Positions 53,336 to 64,000 of a stretch of 64,000 nucleotides of DNA are shown in pieces. The stretch's first letter is position 1, and each line of letters begins with the position of its first letter. A model generated the notes under the pieces. That model ran no database searches and was not told the DNA's origin. It saw only the letters and a list, made by a program, of their open reading frames with translations. The DNA is from Malacoraja senta (lineage: Eukaryota): assembly GCA_038087875.1 (NCBI GenBank), contig CM075994.1, positions 1,614,001 to 1,678,000 of the forward strand, written 5' to 3'. A program made the translations under genes and the position numbers.

Positions 53336-54801
53336 GTTCTTATCTCTCTGCTGTGAAACGTGGACTTAGGGTCCAATAAATGAAAAGACACTGGACGGGT
53401 TCATGGATAGAAAAGATCTACAGGGATATGGGCCAAACGTGGGCAGGTGGGATTTGCATAGATGGGGCATCTTGGTCGGCGTTGGCAAGTTGGGCCAGAG
53501 GGCCCGTTTCTGTGCTATATGACGCGATGACGCTATAACTTGGGCAAAAGCATATTTTTGGAGCACGGATCTTTAGAACTATAACCGGGATACGTCTAGT
53601 CCCAAAGCCTCTGCTGTATCCAGTGCACTCAGACACTTCCAATAACACAGGGATGAATCAAATTGACTGAAGATTGGCTTCTGTGATAGTCCCTGTCTCT
53701 GGTCTGCCCCTCTCAGTCTCAGCGTAACGAGATCGGTTCATAATCCAGCACTGTCACCACATCCTCACCACATCCCCATGCCCCACCACCTCGCTGCTGG
53801 TTTAAGAGACAATGTACTCACAATGAACACTATTTACAGGAGGAGATTTTCAGAAATCAAGTACACTGAACTGTTGCCAACTCAAAGTTATTTTTCTGCT
53901 AAAAACGTTATATATCCCAATCTTTGAATAATGCGGGCAGAAAACAAAACGGGAATGCAGAAGAAACTATTTTCAGTCAATAGGCACAGCGGCAGAGTTG
54001 CTGCCTTACAGCGCCAGAGACTCGAGTTCAATCCTGACTACGGCTGCTGTTTGCATGGAGTTTGAACATTCTCCCTGTGATCGGTGGGTTTTCTCCGGGT
54101 GCTCCGGTTTCCTCCCACATCCGAAAGACGGGCAGATTTACAGTGCCCTCCATAAAGTTTGGGTCAAAGCCCCATCATTTATTTATTTGCCTCTGAACTC
54201 CACAATTTGAGATTTGTAATAGAAAAAAAATCACATGTGGTTAAAGTGCACATTGTCAGATTTTAATAAAGGCCATTTTTATACATTTTGGTTTCACCAT
54301 GTAGAAATTACAGCTGTAGAAATACATAGTCCCCACATTTCAGGGCACCATAATGTTTGGGACACATGACTTCACAGGTGTTTGTAATTGCTCAGGTGTG
54401 TTTAATTGCCTCCTTAATGCAGGTATAACAGAGCTCCCAGCACCTAGTCTTTCCTCCAGTCTTTCCATCACCTTTGGAAACTTTTATTGCTGTTTATCAA
54501 CACGAAGACCAATGTTGTGCCAATGAAAGTCAAAGGAGCCATTATGAGACTGAGAAACAAGAATAAAACTATTAGAGACATCGGCCAAACATTAGGCTTA
54601 CCAAAATCAACTGTTTGGAACATCATTAAGAAGAAAGAGAGCACTGGTGAGCTTACTAATCGCAAAGGGACTGGAAGGCCAAGGAAGACCACAGCTGATG
54701 ACAGAAGAATTCTCTCTATAATAAAGAAAAATCCCCAAACACCTGTCCGACAGATCAGAAACACTCTTCAGGAGTCAGGTGTGGATTTGTCAATGACCAC
54801 T

Positions 54802-54935
54802 TCTTCTTTCGTGTGGCGTGCACAGCCTAAAGTTGTTGGACAACTTGTTCTATTTGATCTTCCGTTTGTGCACGTCGAGTTGATTGCATTAGTCGAAACA
54901 GGGTGGACCACGTGAAGGTTGCAATCTTCCACCCC
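54802..54935 (-). mobile_element. ~134-bp non-autonomous non-LTR element (ribozyme head, GAA-repeat tail), possibly Vingi/Ingi-related
   Basis: Flanked by the direct repeat (c)aatgaccac(t) at 54791-54801 and 54935-54945. The 3' end is ...GCACGCCACACGAAAGAAGAA. Removing the insert and one repeat restores the Tc1 reading frame (DLSMTT-VRRRLHE). Confidence 0.85.
54882..54935 (-). ncRNA. Minimal HDV-like (delta-like) self-cleaving ribozyme motif, 54 nt
   Basis: Minus strand reads GGGGUGG AA GAUUGCA ACC UUCACGU GGU CCACCCU G UUUCGA CUAA UGCAAUC. P1 is 7 bp with a G1-U wobble, P2 is 7 bp, P3 is 3 bp, L3 is UUCACGU (fits UYCHCGY), P4 is vestigial (U-UUCG-A), and J4/2 is CUAA with the putative catalytic C at 54892. 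Folded by hand. Confidence 0.85.
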
Positions 54936-57900
54936 AATGACCACTGTCCGCAGAAGACTTCATGAACAGAAATACAGTGGCTACACTGCAAGATGCAAAC
55001 CACTGGTTAGCCGCAAAAATAGGATGGCCGGGTTACAGTTTGCCAAGAAGTATTTAAAAGGGCAACCACATTTCTGGAGAAAGGTCTTGTGGACAGATGA
55101 GACAAAGATTAACATATATATGAGTGATGGCAAGAGCAAAGTTTGGAGGAGAGAAGGAACTGCCCAAGATCCAAAGCATACCACCTCATTTGTGAAACAC
55201 GGTGGTGGGGGTGTTATGGCCTGGGCATGTATGGCTGCTGAAGGTACTGGCTCACTTATCTTCATTGATGATACAACTGCTGATGGTAGTAGCATAATGA
55301 ATTCTGAAGTGTATAAACACATCCTAGATGGCCGGCGGTTCATTCTACAGCAAGACAATGATCCCAAATATACTGCTAAAGCAACAAAGGAGTTTTTCAA
55401 AGCTAAAAAATGGTCCATTCTGTAGTGGCCAAGTCAATCACCCGATCCGAGCACAATTGAGCATGCCTTTTATATGCTGAAGGGAAAACTGAGGGTGACT
55501 AACCCCCAAAACAAGCATAAGCTAAATATGGCTGCAATAGAGGCCTGGCAGAGCATCACCAGAGAAGACACCCAGCCACTGGTGATGTCCATGAATTACA
55601 GACCAAGCAGTCATTGCATGCAAAGGATATGCAACAAAATACTAAATATGACGACTTTCATTTACATGACATTGTTGTGTCCTAAACATTATGGTGCCCT
55701 GAAATGGGGGGACTATGTATAAACACTGCTGTAATTTCTACATGGTGAAATCAAAATGTATTAAAATGGCCTTTATTAAAATCTGACAATGTGCACTTTA
55801 ACCACATGTGATTTATCTCAAATCGTGGAGTACAGAGACAAATAAATTAATGATGGGTCGTTATTTATGGAGGGCACTCTATTGGTTAATTAGCTTTGGT
55901 AAGTTGTTAAAATGTCCCTAATGTGTAAGATAGTGCTAATGTTCGGGGTGATCATCGCTCGGTGACCTGAAGGGCCTATTTCAGCGCTGTATCTCTAAAC
56001 TGTAGAGGAGAACGGAGAACAGTACAGCACAGCATTCTATGTCTGATTTGTCTCAAGACATGGCATGTAAGTAGTGCTAGTGCAAAGTGACAGTCTTATA
56101 GGTGTGTAGATCCAAATTATATAAAGTTTTAATGCAAATGTCCAAAAGTTGCTTCCTTGCATGCATCCATTTTGTATATTTACCATCCATGGCAAAAAGT
56201 GGATTACCAAATTGTGTGCTATCCAATCCGCTGACTGGACATCATGCAACAAAAAAGCTTTTCACTGTTCCTGTACAGTGTACACGTGACAATAAACTAA
56301 ACTACAATGAGGTGTTCTGAGTAAGTTATCGCAGTGATAAAAGGTGGTACGGATAAGCTGAGCATGACAGCTCTCACTCACCATGCTCGTTGAAAGCAGA
56401 AACGTCAAGACTGCAATTCTTTTTGCCTTGTGACAACTGAGAGTCTTTTACCCAAGGAAGAGGAATCAAAAACCAGACGACATAGGTTTAAGGTATGAGG
56501 GGCTAAATTTAATAGGAACCTGAGGGGCAATTTTTTCCACACAAAGGATGGTGGGTTTACTAAATGACCTAGACACAAGATGCTGGAGCAACTAAGTGGG
56601 TCAGGCAGCGTCTCTGGAGAAGAGGAATAGGTGACATTTTGGATCTGAAACCTTCTTAAGATTCATTCTGAGCCTAAGGAAGGGTTCCAACTCAAAATGT
56701 CACCTATTCTTTTTCTCCAGAAATGCTGCCTGATCCGCAGAGATACTCCAGCCATTTGTGTCTATCCGGTATAAACCAGCACCTACAGTTTCTTCCAGAG
56801 GAAGTAATTGAGGCAGGCACAAAAGCATTGAAAAGCACTTTGACAGGGACAAGCATAGGAAAGGTTCAGAGGGATATGGGCTAAACGCAGACAGGTGGGA
56901 CTTCTTGGTCAGCAGTAGCAAGTTGGGCCAAAGGGCCTGTTTCTGTGCTGTATAAGTCTGTGACAGGCATATTTCTGGAGCACAGATCTTCAGTGCTACA
57001 AGTAGGACACATTTGGTCCCAAAGTTCTATGTTATCCCACTTTCTCATCCACTCCCTACACACTAGGGACATTTACAGAGGTCAATTAACCTACAAACCC
57101 GCACATCTTTAGGATGTAGAAGGAAACCTGAGCACCCAGAAAAAACCCACGTGGTCACAGGGAGAACATGCAAACTCCTCACAGATAGCACCCGAGATCA
57201 GGATTGAACCCGGGTCTCTTGTGCTGTGAGGCAGCAACTCTACCAGCTGCGCCACTGGGCTGCCACAGGCCACGTTTTCAATGGTAGTTCAGGATGTGCG
57301 CTAAACTGCTGGTGTTACCAGAGTCACCCAGCACCAGAGAAATTAACAAATTTAAAAAAAACGTAATCTAACAGTAAAGGCCCTCAGGAGCACAGCATTC
57401 ATTATACTACTTAGAGCATAGCATGTCAGAGAAAATGTTGTATGTTTAAGGTCATGGTTCTGTTTAATCACATCTGATTAAATTTTAGGAATTGTGTCCG
57501 AGCATAGTTTTGCTGGCATTGAAAGAATGCTGAACAGGAAGTCTGTGGAGAGAAACAATTCAGGCGACCACTGGCATCACACAAGCCTCTGCCAGAAATC
57601 TGTCCATGTCCAAGATTGGAAAAAAATGACAACAGGGTGTGTTTTTATTCAGCGATTGACAATGTTCTGTTGTGTAACTTGGACTTATGTTCCAATAAAT
57701 GAATTTAAAAGACACTTGGCACAAACAATGCTGGCTTATACTAAAGATGGACACAAAGTGCTGGAGTAACTCAGCGGGTCAGGCAGCATCTTTGGAGAAA
57801 AAGGATGGGTGACGTTTTGGGTCGTGACCCTTCTTCAGACTGAAGAAGTCTAAAGAGTCCCGATCTGAAACGTCACCTATCCTTTTTCTCCAAAAAGACT

Positions 57901-58250
57901 CTTAGATAGGTACATGGATAGGGAAAGGTTTAGAAGGATACGAGCTAAATGGGATAGTTTAGGTGGAGCATCTTGGTCGGCATGAACGTATTGGGCCAAT
58001 GGGCCTATTTCCATGCTGTATGACTATGACATGAACATAGAGGCTCTGCCGCACTTCATATAGTGGCCGCTGGGGAAATACCTAGAACTGCTTTTACTTG
58101 GAACATCATCTGATGTTTTAAAGACAATAAAATTGAATCAGCTTTTATTGCAAACCATGGCCAACTTCATGACAGCAGTTCCCTTTGCTCCTGAAGTAGC
58201 AGCGTTTGTCACTGTTGGCTTGCCAGCCCTGAACCACTCTAACTTCCTAC

Positions 58251-58346
58251 CTGGAATGTAATTCATCATTTCATCAAACGTTTGCTTTGCTCTCTTCTGT
58301 CTGTCTTCAGTGGAGCGAGCATCAGTATTCTCACAGAAGACTGCAT
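58251..58346 (-). CDS. SNX14: Sorting nexin 14, internal exon (96 bp)
   Basis: ttacAG|(D)[37 protein letters not shown]. Phase 1-1. Confidence 0.95.
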
Positions 58347-59214
58347 CTGTAATACAATAAATCATGTTTCAGTCTTCCGCAGAAACCCGGCTGAGGTTGG
58401 TGGTCAGGAAGTTTCACAATCAGGAGGAAATAAGATGGTTCAGAAAGGGGCCACTGAATCCACTACCTAAACGTTAGTTCTGTTATCTCACTGTCACATC
58501 CACTCCCTACAGACTTGGGGTGGCACCGTGGCTCAGCGGTAAAGTTGCAGCCTTACAGCTCCAGAGACCTGGGTTCAATACTGACTACGGGTGCTGTCTG
58601 TACAGAGTTTGTACGTTCTCCCCGTGACCGCGTGGGTTTTCACAAGGATGCTCCAGTGTCTCCCACACTCCAAAGACGTACAGTTTTGTAGGCTAATGTG
58701 TGTAGGATTGTGCTAGTGTGCAGGGATCGCTGGTCGGTAGGACAACGGGCCTATTACCACGCTGTATCTCTAAACTAGGAGCAATTTACAGAGGCCAATT
58801 AACTTACAAACCCGCATGTCGTTGGTATGTAGGAGAAAACTGGGGCACCCGGAGGAAACCTACGCCGTCACAGGGGGAACGTGCAAACTTCACACAGACA
58901 GCATCCAAGGTCAGGATCGACCCCGGGTCGCTGTGAGACAGCAGCTCTACCAGCTTCACCACTGTGGTAAGTTGATCTTGCTAAGATGCAGTTCAAGCAT
59001 TGATGTAGTTCACAGCTATAATTTACTGCAGGAGGAATCTATAAACAGCATCAAACACCAGCCTCCAATCTTCACCTGATCACCGTGAACACAACAAACT
59101 CTACACTGTAATACAAACAATGAATTCAATGAAACGATGGAGCATGATACACGTGCAAAGCATGAAACCACATCTAAGATAGAGGGATCAGCAGATCAGT
59201 AAACCATGGGGTAT

Positions 59215-59600
59215 GATTTGCAGACCTGCTGGATCTCCCGGTTTCTAAATATTTTAACTCCCCTTCCCATTCCCACACTGAAGATTCAGTCCTGGAAGGA
59301 CTGCATTGCCATGATGAGGCCACACGTAAATTGGAGGAACAGCACCTCATATTCCGCTTGGGCAGCTTACAACCCAGTGGTACGAACAACAAATTCTCTG
59401 ATTTCAACTTACTAAGAACTCCCCCTCCTCTTTTCTTCTTCCCCCCCCCCCTGGGTTTGAACCCATTTCTCCTCTTCCTTCCCTCCTCTGGCTTCACATT
59501 TTGCACTTCTTCTCTCCTTACCTCATACTTCTTGGCTCTCCATCTCTGGCCTTTGTTCAACCATCTACCAATCAGCCCCCCGTCACCTGTCTATCTTTGA
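59215..59600 (+). mobile_element. Penelope-like element remnant (GIY-YIG C-terminus and 3' region)
   Basis: Translation FNSPSHSHT...LHCHDEATRKLEEQHLIFRLGSLQPSG.N.KFS.F. Related remnants at ~6855-7270 (+) and ~38690-38950 (-). Confidence 0.75.
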
Positions 59601-59624
59601 TGTAAACACATTGTAATCATGCAT

Positions 59625-61445
59625 AAAACAAATGTAGGTCCCTTGCAGTCAGAAACAGGTGAATTGATCATGGGGAACAAGGATATGGCGGACCAATTGA
59701 ATAACTACTTTGGTTCCGTCTTCACTAAGGAAGACATAAATAATCTGCCGGAAATAGCAGGGGGCCGCGGGTCAAAGGAGATGGAGGAACTGAGTGAAAT
59801 CCAGGTTAGTCGGGAAGTGGTGTTGGGTAAATTGAATGGATTAAAGGCCGATAAATCACCAGGGCCAGATAGGCTGCATCCCAGAGTACTTAAGGAAGTA
59901 GCTCCAGAAATAGTGGATGCATTAGTGATAATTTTTCAAAATTCTTTAGATTCTGGAGTAGTTCCTGAGGATTGGAGGGTAGCAAACGTAACCCCACTTT
60001 TTAAGAAGGGAGGGAGAGAGAAAACGGGGAATTACAGACCAGTTAGTCTAACATCGGTAGTGGGGAAACTGCGAGAGTCAGTTATTAAAGATGGGATAGC
60101 AGCACATTTGGAAAGTGGTGAAATCATTGGACAAAGTCAGCATGGATTTACGAAAGGTAAATCGTGTCTGACGAATCTTATAGAATTTTTCGAGGATGTA
60201 ACTAGTAGAGTGGATAGGGGAGAACCAGTGGATGTGTTGTATCTGGACTTTCAGAAGGCTTTCGACAAGGTACCACATAAGAGATTAGGATACAAGCTTA
60301 AATCACACGGTATTGGGGGTTCAGTATTGATGTGGATAGAGAACTGGCTGGCAAACAGGAAGCAAAGAGTAGGAGTAAACGGGTCCTTTTCACAATGGCA
60401 GGCAGTGACTAGTGGGGTACCGCAAGGCTCAGTGCTGGGACCCCAGCTATTTACAATTTATATTAATGATCTGGACGAGGGAATTGAAAGCAACATCTCC
60501 AAGTTTGCGGATGACACTAAGCTGGGGGGCAGTGTTAGCTGTGAGGAGGATGCTAGGAGACTGCAAGGTGACTTGGATAGGCTGGGGGAGTGGGCAAATG
60601 TTTGGCAGATGCAGTATAATGTGGATAAATGTGAGGTTATCCACTTTGGTGGCAAAAACGGGAAGGCAGACTATTATCTAAATGGTGGCCGATTAGGAAA
60701 TGGGGAGGTGCAGCGAGACCTGGGTGTCATGGTACACCAGTCATTGAAAGTAGGCATGCAGGTGCAGCAGCCAGTGAAGAAAGCGAATGGTATGTTGGCC
60801 TTCATAGCAAGAGGATTTGAGTATAGGAGCAGGGAGGTTCTACTGCAGTTGTACAGGGTCTTGGTGAGACCACACCTGGAGTATTGCGTACAGTTTTGGT
60901 CTCCAAATCTGAGGAAGGACATTATAGCCATAGAGGGAGTGCAGAGAAGGTTCACCAGACTGATTCCTGGGATGTCAGGACTTTCATATGAAGAAAGACT
61001 GGATAGACTTGGCTTATACTCGCTAGAATTTAGGAGATTGAGAGGGGATCTTATAGAAACGTACAAAATTCTTATGGGGTTGGACAGGCTAGATGCAGGA
61101 AGATTGTTCCCGATGTTGGGGAAGTCCAGGACAAGGGGTCACAGCTTAAGGATAAGGGGGAAATCCTTTAAGACCGAGATGAGGAAAAACTTTTTCACAC
61201 AGAGAGTGGTGAATCTCTGGAACTCTCTGCCACAGAGGGTAGTTGACGCCAGTTCATTGGCTATATTTAAGAGGGAGTTAGATGTGGCCCTTGTGGCTAA
61301 AGGGATCAGGGGGTATGGAGAGAAGGCAGGTACGGGATACTGAGTTGGATGATCAGCCATGATCATATTGAATGGCGGTGGAGGCTCGAAGGGCCGAATG
61401 GCCTACTCCTGCACCTATTTTCTATGTATCTATGTATCTATATAG
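59625..61445 (+). mobile_element. CR1 LINE 'E', 5'-truncated, with an uninterrupted 574-aa RT frame
   Basis: ORF 59619-61343 with all RT motifs ([30 protein letters not shown]), a 3'UTR and a TCTATGTA repeat tail. The endonuclease domain is absent. Confidence 0.95.
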
Positions 61446-61641
61446 CTCGATTGTAATCATATATTGTCTTTCTGCTGACTGGTTAGCACGCAACAAAAGC
61501 TTTTCACGGTACACGTAACAATAAACTAAACTGTAACTGGATAGAAGTGCAGTGGCTGAGGTGGAGTTAACCAGGCAGGAGTGATCTCTGAGGTGGGCTC
61601 TGTGGTCCAACGTATGCCCTGCACACATGGCCTTAACTCAC

Positions 61642-61806
61642 CTCTCAGCAGAGTTATGAGGGAGACCACTCGATGCTCCTGGAGAAGGTGATCCAGCTTA
61701 CGCTGGAGGTAGTTGTCAGCGTATGCCTCCAGCGTGTTCTTCAGCAGAATCCGGCCACCCATCAGCAAATGATGCAGCCAGTCGGGGATGTGGAAAACAA
61801 CCCGGG
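61642..61806 (-). CDS. SNX14: Sorting nexin 14, internal exon (165 bp)
   Basis: cacAG|(A)[60 protein letters not shown]. Phase 1-1, compatible with the neighbouring exons. Confidence 0.95.
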
Positions 61807-62741
61807 CTGTGAATCAGAGCAAAGTCCCACCGTCAGCATGGTAATCATAGTTGTCACCCACAGCTCACTCACCCCAGTTCTTTCCTTGGTTGTTGCTCCC
61901 TCCACATCTTTCCTGTAATGGGGCAAGCAGAACTGCACACAATATTCCAAATGTGGCCAAACCAAAGTCCTAGGGAGCTGCATTCATGCCCTCATAAGTT
62001 GATAAGTTGTTGGAGCAGAACTTGTCCTCCACAGCCTTTCTAGGTAGAAAGAAAATTCTCTCTTTCTGGAAGAAGTCGTAGCCACAGGCTCAACCAGATG
62101 CCATTCATAGTATAATTTAGCAATGGCTGGTTCTCCTCTTTGAGAATTGGCAGCCACAAGCTCAAATCTGATGTCATCCACTGGGTAACTGGACAGGGAA
62201 TAAGCCCCCTCAGAAACCAAAGCGGTCATCTAATGTGTGGAGCTGCAGGAGATGGGCAAGGTCCTCAACGAGTAATTCTCCTGTGTTTTTACCGCGGAGA
62301 AAAACACGAAGACTGGGGAACTTGGGGCGGTTTGATGGAAATATAGAATCATACAGCATGGAAACAGGCCCTTCGTCCCAACTTGCCCACGTTGACTAAC
62401 ATCGCCCTTCTACACAAGTCCCATCTGCCTGTGTTTGGCCAATATCCCTCTAAATCTATCCTATCCATGCACCTGTTTAAATGTTTCTTAAACGTTACGA
62501 TAGTCCCTGCCTCAACTATCTCCTCCGGCAGCTCGTTCCATAAACCCACCACCCTTTATGTAAAAAACTTACCCCCAGGTTCCTATTAGATTTATCGCCC
62601 CTCACCTTAAACCTGGGTCCTCTGGATCTCGATTCCCTTATGCTGGGCAAGAGACTCTGTGCATTTACCCGATCTATTCCTCTCATGTTTTGTACACTTT
62701 GCTCGTCACAATTCTTTAGCCAAGTCCGAATACCTACTTAC

Positions 62742-62865
62742 CCACGTACATCATGTAATCGTAAATGCCATCCAACGTCATCATTTCCATGAAGTAGTTC
62801 TGATTGTACTTTTTCTCTGTGCTTTCGGAGCGATTTGCATTGTTTTTGTACAAGTCGGTAAAGAG
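62742..62865 (-). CDS. SNX14: Sorting nexin 14, internal exon (124 bp)
   Basis: tttc[43 protein letters not shown]+G|GTAAGT. Homologous to human SNX14 [27 protein letters not shown]. Confidence 0.93.
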
Positions 62866-63684
62866 CTGAAAGATAGGAGTCCATCAAAAATACCAACCAT
62901 CAAGTTAATTCACACACACATAGACACCGTGCCTTTTACTTTCACAGGTATATGATCCCTTGTACAACAGAAACCAGTGACATATTTCTTATGATTCTTT
63001 CAATAAGACGTATCGAGGTACATCGATCTTATACAGCTGCTTTGATCTTGCAGAGGTGCGTGCTTATAGAGATGTATAAAATCGAGGGGAATTGAAAGGG
63101 TGAATACACAATCTTTTACCCAGAGTAGGGGAATCAAGATCCAGAGAACATAGGTTTAAGGCGAGAAGGCAAGATTTAATATGGACCTGAGGGGCGACCT
63201 TTTCCACTCAGAGGGTAGTGGGTATATAGAATGCTACCAGAGGAGGTAGTTGAGGCATGGAAAAATAAGAACATTTAACAGACATTGGGACAGGTACATG
63301 GATAGGAAAGGTTTAAAGGGATATGGGCCAAGTGCGGGCAAATGGCATTAGCTTAGACGGGGCATCTTGATCGGCATGGGTGAGTTGAGCCAAAGGGCCT
63401 GTTTCTGTGCGGTATAATTATGACTCTTAAGACAGCGAGTCAGGTGCAATATCAGGCAAAACTCTGGCAATGAAAGACTGCACTAGAGCACACCGCCTGT
63501 CCACTGCCCTTAACACAGGATCTTGCATCTAAACTAAGCAACAGTTCATTGGGAAACGATATTAAGAAATAAGACAACTGATTGAGAACATTTAAGGAAT
63601 TAACACATTGCATACAGCAGTGTATAGACTTTATCTTGCACTAAATGTTATTATCTTTATCAGGTGTACATTTATCAGCTGTAC

Positions 63685-64000
63685 CAGGCACATGCCGTAA
63701 TTACTCAGGGTAGGCAGTCAGTCTTCTTTAAAAAAAATCTTAAACCGCGCTTGCGCAGATTGTTCTCCTCTCCGTAAACTGTCAGTCAACTTTTATAAAG
63801 TCTTCAAAAGCCATATCTCTTAATAAAGTACCGTATTTCCCGGCAATGAAGACGCACCCCCATTTTGAGTTGCTAAATTTTGAAAGAAGGCTGGCGGGAC
63901 ATAGAATTTCTCACACTCAAAAAAATAAAAATAAAAATAAAGAAAGCAACAATTCAATTTGCCCAAGGCTTCCAAATCTCCTTCATTCTGAATTGCTGAA
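63685..64000. mobile_element. Second copy of the same hAT family, opposite orientation, cut by the window end
   Basis: Starts CAGGCACATGCCGT..CAGGGTAGGCAG and matches the reverse complement of 17520-17684 (for example aattcaatttgcccaaggctt). Confidence 0.85.

Larger units (their letters stand above)
54141..55879 (+). mobile_element. Tc1-family DNA transposon, IR/DR type, decayed transposase
   Basis: Ends TA|CAGTGCCCTCCATAAA ... TTTATGGAGGGCACT(C)|TA with ~200-bp TIRs and an inner direct repeat. Encodes an HTH/GRPRKT region (54487-54800) and a DDE region (WTDETK, QQDNDPK, W.SQSPD..IE) with a premature TAG at 55423. It splits a V-SINE. Confidence 0.93.

Noticed and set aside
59619..61343. 574-aa ORF as a host gene or autonomous LINE
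   Set aside because: It is a 5'-truncated CR1 ORF2 lacking the endonuclease; the ATG comes from flanking DNA.

Overview
Repeat-dense vertebrate genomic DNA. The mix of HE1/V-SINE-like SINEs, CR1 LINEs and Penelope-derived hairpins suggests a cartilaginous fish such as a skate or ray (inference). Two host genes are recognisable. SNX14 contributes its last six coding exons on the minus strand (62865 to 42340). NT5E/CD73 has its first coding exon on the minus strand (14818-14471) but its last, GPI-signal exon on the plus strand (19160-19329), just across a 200-N gap; this implies a mis-oriented contig or two paralogues. The rest is mostly nested transposons: CR1, L2, Rex1/Babar-like, a Vingi/Ingi-like fragment, Penelope remnants, Tc1, hAT, Harbinger-like, a Helitron and a solo LTR. 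The most striking signal is a ~134-bp TSD-flanked insertion in a Tc1 fossil inside an SNX14 intron. Its 5' 54 nt (minus strand, 54935-54882) fold by hand into a complete minimal HDV-like ribozyme, in the sense orientation of the SNX14 pre-mRNA. All family names come from motif recognition, not database searches.
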